From positions 1 through 38,476 of IMG/VR virus record IMGVR_UViG_3300048893_000112: a DNA stretch of 38,476 bases, one strand, 5' to 3'. Positions within the stretch are counted from its first letter, which is position 1. Every line of letters begins with the position of its first letter. Below, in pieces: positions 27,635-33,446 of the stretch. The DNA is from a virus (Duplodnaviria > Caudoviricetes). Position numbers and translations under genes: made by a program. The notes below the pieces were generated by a model. The model had not been told where the DNA came from. It ran no database searches and saw nothing but the letters and a program-made list of their open reading frames with translations.

Positions 27635-27768
27635 TTGCCACCGCTCTCGTCATCGCCGCCTTCATCCTGTTCATCCTGGCCGCTGTGGGCGTGCCGGCGG
27701 GCCGCTACAGCCTTCTGGCTGCGGGTCTGGCATGTTGGGTACTGTCGCAGCTCGTCGGACGCTTGTAG
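27631..27768 (+). CDS. 45-aa two-TM membrane protein, holin candidate (not in the ORF track)
   Basis: MIATALVIAAFILFILAAVGVPAGRYSLLAAGLACWVLSQLVGRL; AGGAGG RBS; ATGA coupling. Confidence 0.65.
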   Translation: MIATALVIAAFILFILAAVGVPAGRYSLLAAGLACWVLSQLVGRL

Positions 27769-27962
27769 GGGCCCTCCTGGCCCTGCCGGGGTGCGTCTCG
27801 GTGGAGGGGCCGTGCGAGCTCGTGCGAGCGAAGGATTACGCGAGCATTCAATGCGAGGCTGGTGGGCAGGCCTTCCTACTGGCTCCCGCACGCACCATCG
27901 AGGCCGCGAGAGATTCCAATGACCCCCCATCCTCCCCCTTCACCGCGCGACGACTCCCCTGA
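27732..27962 (+). CDS. Small putative lipoprotein (spanin-like candidate)
   Basis: RR, hydrophobic stretch and lipobox-like LALPG-C. Confidence 0.45.
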   Translation: MLGTVAARRTLVGALLALPGCVSVEGPCELVRAKDYASIQCEAGGQAFLLAPARTIEAARDSNDPPSSPFTARRLP

Positions 27963-29049
27963 GGGCCTGCCCCCTCGGCTACGCTGCCAGGGCGGTGAGC
28001 TCGTCAAGCCCAACGGGCAGCCGATCTTTCTTCACGGGCCCTGCTTCGGGAGCTGGGGGGAAGACGACGAGGCCGACTGTCCGACGATCAAGGGCATGGG
28101 GGCCAACAACCTGCGCGCCAATCTGCGGTGGTGGGGCAAGTGGGGCACGGAGGTGCGTGAGAATCCCGATTGCCGCGACAACGATGCCTTTTCGTTTCTC
28201 AACCGCACGAAGTTCACGAAGTGGGCAGGACAGCTCAAGGCAGCCGCGGCAGTGGATCTCTGGACGAACCCGTTCATCGACTCGAATTGCGGGCAGAGCG
28301 GCACGAACACCCCCGAGGACATCGCATACTGTGACCCGTATGGCTCATGGGGTGAGCGAGGCCACAATTTTTACACTGACCCGGCGATGCGCCGCGTTTA
28401 CGCGACGGTCGTCTGGAGCACCGTGGCCACCTACCTGCGCAAGCTCCCGCACGTGGGCCTTCTGGAGATCCATCCCGAGCCGGCGCACCATCGCGACGAG
28501 ACCTGGGCCCCCCTGGTGGCGCAAGTGCAAAAGGAGTGCATCGACGCGATCCGCGCCGCCGAGCTCGCCCTGGGGGATCCGGTGGGGACGCCCATCATCG
28601 TGGGGCCGCGCGAAGGCTACGACAACCGCCTCGTGGAAGAGTGCTTGCTCGCCCTGGTCGATGCGTACGGGGGCACCCTGCCGGCGGGCCTCGTCTTCAC
28701 CGGCAATTTCCTCAACCAGTACGTCACTGACCCCAAGCGCTTCGACAAGGGCATCGCCCGGCTCAACAAGCTCCGCGCCGATTACGGCGTGCCGGTCTAC
28801 GTCCAGCAGCTCGGGCGCAACTCCTCGGAAGACCCAGGCCTCACCCTGATGCGCCGAGCCGTCGAGGTCATGCGCGACAACAACATCGGGTACGCGTGGT
28901 GGCAGTGGAAGCAGAACACCGCGAACCCCGGGAACATGGGCCTCTTCTACAAAGACGAGACCGACCCGAGCGGACTCACCTGGGTGCCCAAGACCGCCGA
29001 GCTGGAGCTCATGGCGCAGGAATGGACGCACGGGGGCGGGCAGGGGTAA
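27919..29049 (+). CDS. Glycoside hydrolase family 5-like TIM-barrel protein with atypical catalytic motifs
   Basis: LV..NG.PI.LHG, IK.MGAN.LR, LEIHPEP (NEP position), IR......PII.G, VPVYVQQLG (GEFG position), IGYAWWQWK. Confidence 0.8.
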   Translation: MTPHPPPSPRDDSPEGLPPRLRCQGGELVKPNGQPIFLHGPCFGSWGEDDEADCPTIKGMGANNLRANLRWWGKWGTEVRENPDCRDNDAFSFLNRTKFTKWAGQLKAAAAVDLWTNPFIDSNCGQSGTNTPEDIAYCDPYGSWGERGHNFYTDPAMRRVYATVVWSTVATYLRKLPHVGLLEIHPEPAHHRDETWAPLVAQVQKECIDAIRAAELALGDPVGTPIIVGPREGYDNRLVEECLLALVDAYGGTLPAGLVFTGNFLNQYVTDPKRFDKGIARLNKLRADYGVPVYVQQLGRNSSEDPGLTLMRRAVEVMRDNNIGYAWWQWKQNTANPGNMGLFYKDETDPSGLTWVPKTAELELMAQEWTHGGGQG

Positions 29050-29165
29050 CATTGCCCCTTGGTCGGTCACACCGGACAAGCCGGCGTCTCCTGGAGCGGC
29101 ACCTCACTGCCTCTCCGTGCGCGGGGGCCCGAGTGATCCCTGGTGGCGACCGACCACCCCCAATG
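29050..29165. ncRNA. Candidate structured RNA between convergent genes
   Basis: CATTG/CAATG, TGGTCGGTC/GACCGACCA and CACC/GGTG form a nested closing stem around two internal hairpins. Confidence 0.4.
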
Positions 29166-29196
29166 CAAAAGGCCCCCAGGACGCGCCAGGAGGCCT
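29166..29196 (-). terminator. Possible terminator for the leftward cassette
   Basis: Minus strand AGGCCTCCTGG/CCTGGGGGCCT imperfect stem followed by a short T run. Confidence 0.35.
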
Positions 29197-29219
29197 CAGG
29201 ATCGCCCGGAAGGGCGGGG

Positions 29220-29381
29220 TCAAGGGGTGGGTGGCCTGTCGGATCCGAAGGCCCGCTCGCGTCGCAACCGCTCCATTTCCTTCTGGTGGCGTTTGAGGTC
29301 GCGCTCGTACAACCATTCGCGAACAAGCCAGATCAGGAGGAGCACCGCGGCGACGCACCCGAGGACGATGTAGAAGGTCAT
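29220..29381 (-). CDS. Small single-TM protein
   Basis: MTFYIVLGCVAAVLLLIWLV then a charged tail; GGAGGT RBS; overlaps the XRE stop. Confidence 0.6.
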   Translation of the reverse strand: MTFYIVLGCVAAVLLLIWLVREWLYERDLKRHQKEMERLRRERAFGSDRPPTP

Positions 29382-29602
29382 CACCGCACCTCCAGCCTGA
29401 GCTTCGGATGCAGTCCAACCTGGAGCAGGAACCACTGCCAGCGGACGTTGTCGATGGTGCGTTTGTCGCGCTCGTACTCGCTCCAGCGCTGCTGCTTGTC
29501 CAGGCCCGCGGCCTGGGCCGCTGTGGTCTGGTCGAGACCGGCGAGCTCGCGCGCGGCGCGGATTTGCTCGGGGGTGGGGTTCTCGATGGGGAAGCGTTTC
29601 AT
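29381..29602 (-). CDS. XRE-family helix-turn-helix regulator, 73 aa
   Basis: PTPEQIRAARELAGLDQTTAAQ...WSEYE; no peptidase domain. Confidence 0.85.
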   Translation of the reverse strand: MKRFPIENPTPEQIRAARELAGLDQTTAAQAAGLDKQQRWSEYERDKRTIDNVRWQWFLLQVGLHPKLRLEVR

Positions 29603-29603
29603 G

Positions 29604-29867
29604 TCAGCCCTTTGCGACGGTGAAGGTGAGCGCCGTGTCGCAGCGCACGAAGGTGTACCCCTCGTCGGTAGAGCCGCCCTGCCACGTGCCCGACCAGCCG
29701 AGACTTTCGGCCAGATGCAGGGCGGCGTCCAGGTGGTTGCCTTCGTTCGTGTTGCCGTGATCCCAGCCCTTGGACACCCAGTGGGTGCCCTTGACGCTGG
29801 CGCGCACGCGGGGCCCGCGGTTGTTGGTCGGCTGCAGGTAGCGGGTGGTGATGGTCTGGTGGGTCAT
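29604..29867 (-). CDS. Conserved-type small phage protein
   Basis: I.T.YL.PTN.RG.RV.A...NH..AA..L...LGW pattern seen among phage early genes. Confidence 0.7.
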   Translation of the reverse strand: MTHQTITTRYLQPTNNRGPRVRASVKGTHWVSKGWDHGNTNEGNHLDAALHLAESLGWSGTWQGGSTDEGYTFVRCDTALTFTVAKG

Positions 29868-29875
29868 TGGCGGTC

Positions 29876-30157
29876 TCAGTCGGTGGCGAGGCCTGCGGCC
29901 TGGAGCATGTCAGCGTAGAGAATCTGGATGGCCTGCCCAGGGATCTCCTGGCGCGCATTGGAGAGCAGAACCATGGCGAACTGGCGGGCGATCAGACCCT
30001 CGCGCATGTCGGGGGACAGATAGGCCCAGCCGGCCTCGCCCACACGGGCTTTGGCCTGCTTGACGAAGTCGCGCACCTGCGCGGTCTCCCAAAGGCGGGC
30101 GGGGTTCTTGGCCTTCGCGGCGCGCTCCAGGCGCATGGAATTGAGGTTGCTGTCCAT
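29876..30157 (-). CDS. Hypothetical protein, 93 aa
   Basis: In operon; shares the GAGACC leader motif. Confidence 0.7.
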   Translation of the reverse strand: MDSNLNSMRLERAAKAKNPARLWETAQVRDFVKQAKARVGEAGWAYLSPDMREGLIARQFAMVLLSNARQEIPGQAIQILYADMLQAAGLATD

Positions 30158-30185
30158 CGTGGTCTCAGGTAGGTGGTGGGGGTAT

Positions 30186-30201
30186 GGGCCCCGAAGGGCC
30201 C
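30186..30201 (-). other. Intergenic UUCG tetraloop hairpin
   Basis: Minus strand GGGCCC-TTCG-GGGCCC with no U tract, so more likely a stabiliser or processing stem than a terminator. Confidence 0.6.
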
Positions 30202-30228
30202 GGGTCTCAGGCGAGGACGGAGCGCTGC

Positions 30229-31134
30229 TTACGGCCGCCTCAGGCGAGGGCGGAGGTTGTCGGCGTCCCAGCGGCCCTGGATGTCCGCGAGGTGTTTCTC
30301 TGCGGTGGCGATGCTCTCGCGCAGGGCGTCCCGGACATGCACGGCGGTGCCGCGCACGTTGTTGCCATCGACGATGCAGGGGGCCAGGAGCAGGGCCTCA
30401 CCCTTGGTCATGCGCGACGCGTGCAGGACGCCGAAGGTGAGCTTGTCCGCGATCTTGCGCGTGCCCGGGTTGAAGTACACGAACGCGTGAGCCGTCTTGA
30501 CGATCCAGTCGACCGTGGTGGGGCGCGCGAGCACCTCGGCCAGCTCAGCCTTCTCCGTGGCGATGTTGCGCTCGAAGGACTCGACGAAGTCGGCGTAGTC
30601 GGCGGCACGCTTCGCGGCCTCCTCCTCGGCGGCAACAGCCTCCAGCAGCGCGACGGCGCCCTGCACCTGCTCCTCGGTGGCGAGGCGAGCGCGGTAGGCG
30701 TCGACCTGGGCGTGCTCCTCGGGGGTCAGGAGATCAAGCTCGGCGAGCGCGGCCTCGGCGGCGGTGTCGCTGGTGTCGCGGGCCAGGGCCTCGGCCTCAG
30801 ATTGCGTGCCCCGGGAGCCGACGAACGCACCGGCGGGTGAGGTCACGCTCCAGACACCCTTCGACAGGGTGATGGTGTAGCCGCGAACGGTCTTCTCCTC
30901 GAACGCTTGCACCGGGGCCTGCACCTCGCCGGAGAGCTCCAGGGCCGGGGCCCGGGCGGCGTCGATCTCGGCGATCTCGGCGGCCTCCTCGCGGGCGCGT
31001 CGGCGCGTCGCGAAGGAACCGATACGCGTGCCGTTGTCGCGGGCCAGAACCCAGGTCACGGTTTCGGTGGCGCCGCCGTTGAAGTTGCCCTGGCGGGTGA
31101 TGGTGAAGCCGGCGGTGGTGCAGTGGTTGGTCAT
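30229..31134 (-). CDS. Hypothetical modular early protein, 301 aa
   Basis: Start at 31134 follows a promoter and leader. Two similar units (W.L...NG..IGSF.T...A and W.V....G..VGS..T...A) followed by Ala/Glu helices. Confidence 0.7.
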   Translation of the reverse strand: MTNHCTTAGFTITRQGNFNGGATETVTWVLARDNGTRIGSFATRRRAREEAAEIAEIDAARAPALELSGEVQAPVQAFEEKTVRGYTITLSKGVWSVTSPAGAFVGSRGTQSEAEALARDTSDTAAEAALAELDLLTPEEHAQVDAYRARLATEEQVQGAVALLEAVAAEEEAAKRAADYADFVESFERNIATEKAELAEVLARPTTVDWIVKTAHAFVYFNPGTRKIADKLTFGVLHASRMTKGEALLLAPCIVDGNNVRGTAVHVRDALRESIATAEKHLADIQGRWDADNLRPRLRRP

Positions 31135-31200
31135 GTCTTGGGTCTCGGTGGTTGCTGACTGGAGAGACTCCAGTATACACGCTTTGCGTGTATCCATGTC
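31135..31200 (-). promoter_or_regulatory. Promoter/operator/leader, copy 1
   Basis: -10 TATACT adjoining palindrome ATACACGC-N3-GCGTGTAT (31175-31193), then AGTCTCT...CAACCACCGAGACCC leader. Confidence 0.7.
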
Positions 31201-31217
31201 GTGATCTTTCGCACGCT

Positions 31218-31406
31218 TCAGGCTTGTGCGTTCCAAATCACTTCCGCCATGTCTTCCAGCTCCGCGCGCACCTGGGCCAGATCGTCGTCGTCGACGCCCT
31301 CGATCGTGGGCTCACAGTCAAACATGTCGTTGTTGTGCTGGTTGACCCAGCTCGACAGCTCGGCGGTGCTCATGGCGTAGAAGGCGGGTTTCTTGGAGGT
31401 GGCCAT
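31218..31406 (-). CDS. Small acidic protein, 62 aa
   Basis: First gene after promoter copy 2; Asp/Glu-rich C-terminal half. Confidence 0.65.
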   Translation of the reverse strand: MATSKKPAFYAMSTAELSSWVNQHNNDMFDCEPTIEGVDDDDLAQVRAELEDMAEVIWNAQA

Positions 31407-31468
31407 GTCGGGTCTCGGGTGGTTGGTGATGCAGAGACTGCAGTCTACACGCAAAGCGTGTGGCGTGC
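31407..31468 (-). promoter_or_regulatory. Promoter/operator/leader, copy 2
   Basis: -10 TAGACT adjoining palindrome ACACGC-N3-GCGTGT (31447-31461), then AGTCTCT...CAACCACCCGAGACCC leader. Confidence 0.7.
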
Positions 31469-31537
31469 CTAGGGCCCGCTCCCCAATTCCGTGACCTTGT
31501 TCTCACCCGCCCTCGCACTCGCGATTAGCACAACGCA

Positions 31538-31660
31538 TTACCCGACCAAATCGCTCAGGTGTATAGTCGCCCTGGCTCGCGTGCTGGTGCGCCGGGCCGG
31601 CGCTGACCTGTGGAGGGTCGGGTGGGGGTACCCCGGTGGGGTACCCCTTCGCCGTTTCTT
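31538..31660 (+). ncRNA. Candidate promoter plus small structured RNA or leader
   Basis: TTACCC-N18-TATAGT, then three hairpins; the last is GGGGTACCCC-GGT-GGGGTACCCC with TTTCTT shortly after. Confidence 0.4.
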
Positions 31661-31674
31661 GAAAGGGTACGGAC

Positions 31675-31836
31675 ATGATCCCCGGCGGCTTCGCCGTGCT
31701 GCTCCTCGCGTTCGGTCTCGTCATGCTTGGCCGCAAGTACAGTCGCCCCTACTGGGTTGACGCGCTGCTCAGTCTCGTGATGGTGGCCGGCGGCGTGGCC
31801 ATTCTCGGGGGTGTGCTGCTGTGGATTTGGGAGTAG
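31675..31836 (+). CDS. 53-aa two-TM membrane protein (not in the ORF track)
   Basis: MIPGGFAVLLLAFGLVMLGRKYSRPYWVDALLSLVMVAGGVAILGGVLLWIWE. Confidence 0.6.
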   Translation: MIPGGFAVLLLAFGLVMLGRKYSRPYWVDALLSLVMVAGGVAILGGVLLWIWE

Positions 31837-31846
31837 GGGGTGGGGT

Positions 31847-32404
31847 ATGAGCTTTCACGTTCCAGAACAGTACCGCATTCGTGAGGGGCGCCTAGGCACG
31901 ACCGAGGCCGACGGCAACAACGGAGCCTTTCGCGTGCGTATCCCGCTCGGGTACTTGAAGGTCATCGCCAGCGATGGCGGGGGGTGGGAGCACGCGAGTG
32001 TGAGCCGCGACGACCGCGTCCCGAACTGGGAGGAGATGTGCCACGTCAAGGGCATGTTTTGGGGCCCTGAGGATGTCGTGATGCAGCTCCACCCCCGTGA
32101 GAGCGAATACGTTAACTTTCACCCCCGCACGCTGCACCTGTGGCGGCCCATCGGGGTGGAGATCCCCACGCCACCCAGCCTCATGGTCGGGCCGCCCCCG
32201 ATGAACCGTGCCGACTACATCGATGCCTTGGAGGAGATCAGCCGCCTCATTCGCCTCGACCCCGACCCGCAAACCGCGGAAGGCCGCCGGCTCACCGTGC
32301 TGGCCATGCTGGTCGAGGGCTACGAGCGCGCGGCCTTCTCTTTCGAGACCCCGACGCCCGAGGAGCTCGCCGAGTTCCGTCGCACGGAGAAGGGCAAGAC
32401 ATGA
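31847..32404 (+). CDS. Conserved phage domain (WEH.SVS...P.WEEMC.VK..FW) fused to an HTH-less HigA antitoxin N-terminal domain
   Basis: C-terminal DYIDALEEISRL...DP...AEGRRL.VL..LVEGYE...F....P.E...FR....G matches the COG5499 HigA N-terminal region. Confidence 0.75.
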   Translation: MSFHVPEQYRIREGRLGTTEADGNNGAFRVRIPLGYLKVIASDGGGWEHASVSRDDRVPNWEEMCHVKGMFWGPEDVVMQLHPRESEYVNFHPRTLHLWRPIGVEIPTPPSLMVGPPPMNRADYIDALEEISRLIRLDPDPQTAEGRRLTVLAMLVEGYERAAFSFETPTPEELAEFRRTEKGKT

Positions 32405-32786
32405 CTCCGCGCAAGCCACTCACTGACGCCGAGGTCTCCGAGTTCGCGAAACGCATCTACAGGGGCGAACTGTTCGTGAGCTGGAACAGGAGCGTCGTGA
32501 TTGCCGCGGCGACGAGGAAGACGAGCGCCAGCGGGACGTCAGCAAGCACGACCAGAATCTACTCGGCATCATTTTCATGGCGTTGACCTTCATGACCGAT
32601 GAACAGCGGCAGCAGATGATCGACGACAAGGTGGCGTTTTGCTGGGCCCCGTTCGCTGACGCGGTCGGCGGGCGCACGCTCAACGGGTACCCATTTTTTG
32701 CGAGCTGCGGCACCTGGACGCAAGACGAGGGCGAGCGCATCCTGGCCAAGCTCCGGGAGATCGAACAGACGATGGAGGGCCTGTGA
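32401..32786 (+). pseudogene. Hypothetical gene apparently interrupted by a 50-nt insertion (about 32488-32537)
   Basis: N-terminal part (MTPRKPL...ELFVSWN) and C-terminal part (VSKHDQNLLGIIFM...NGYPFF) are in different frames; removing 50 nt joins them. Confidence 0.5.
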
Positions 32787-33106
32787 CCGACCCCCGCCAA
32801 CCCGCCCTGGATCACCTCGCCAACCTCAGGCGCGAGCGCTGGAACGCAGCCGCCATGTACGGGGCCATGTTCGCCTTCGCGCTCTCCTTCGCAGTCTTTC
32901 TCGTGTGGTGGGCGGCAGGCAAAACCGAAGGGAGCTGGTGGCGCTACGTGTTCCTGCTCCTTGCCCTGCTCAACGCGTGGACGGCTGCGGGGATCGCGGT
33001 GAGCCTGAGGCGCCACTGGCAGGCCATCCTGCGCATGGAGCGCGCGACGCGCCAGCTCCTCAAGGGGTTCGACCTCGTGACCGATCGCCAGGACGACCCC
33101 GAGTAG
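32783..33106 (+). CDS. Two-TM membrane protein, 107 aa
   Basis: GTGA-coupled; GGAGG RBS; two hydrophobic segments. Confidence 0.7.
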   Translation: MTDPRQPALDHLANLRRERWNAAAMYGAMFAFALSFAVFLVWWAAGKTEGSWWRYVFLLLALLNAWTAAGIAVSLRRHWQAILRMERATRQLLKGFDLVTDRQDDPE

Positions 33107-33400
33107 GACGCCAACGCGTTGGCGTCTTGCCGCCGGCAAAGACACCCGCCTTGACACCAGACCTGCGGCCATTCAGGGGTACTCTCCCTCGTAGGAGGCC
33201 TCATGAATGCCGGGGTCAGGTCTACTGAATCCGACTAATCTGGTGGGTCTCTCGGGCAGCCGGCGGGCAGCGATGGGCAATGCGTTGTCCTTCCAAGAAC
33301 CTAGGATCCATGCGGGTTAGAGGCGTACGCGTTGTCTTTTGCTGCCCGCTGGCTGCCCGATTCGTGATTTCCTGTTCGACACCAGACTTGGCACCAGGGC
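33107..33400. other. attP-like region with arm-type and accessory repeats
   Basis: Paired direct repeats GACACCCGCCTTGACACCAG (33141) and GACACCAGACTTGGCACCAG (33378) flank a 22-bp inverted repeat (33252-33273 / 33339-33360); directly upstream of the integrase. Confidence 0.65.
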
Positions 33401-33446
33401 ATAATCACTGCTCCTATCAATGCTTTTTCACTGTGAGGAGTGAATC

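Noticed and set aside
24918-29049. Diversity-generating retroelement acting on the tail fibre
   Set aside because: No reverse transcriptase and no template/variable repeat pair seen.
33205-33255. tRNA or SRP RNA fragment as att core (minus-strand GACCCACCA; plus-strand GGTCAGGTC)
   Set aside because: No T-arm GGTTCGA upstream of the CCA end and no GGAAGCAGCC after the SRP-like piece; the matches are too short.
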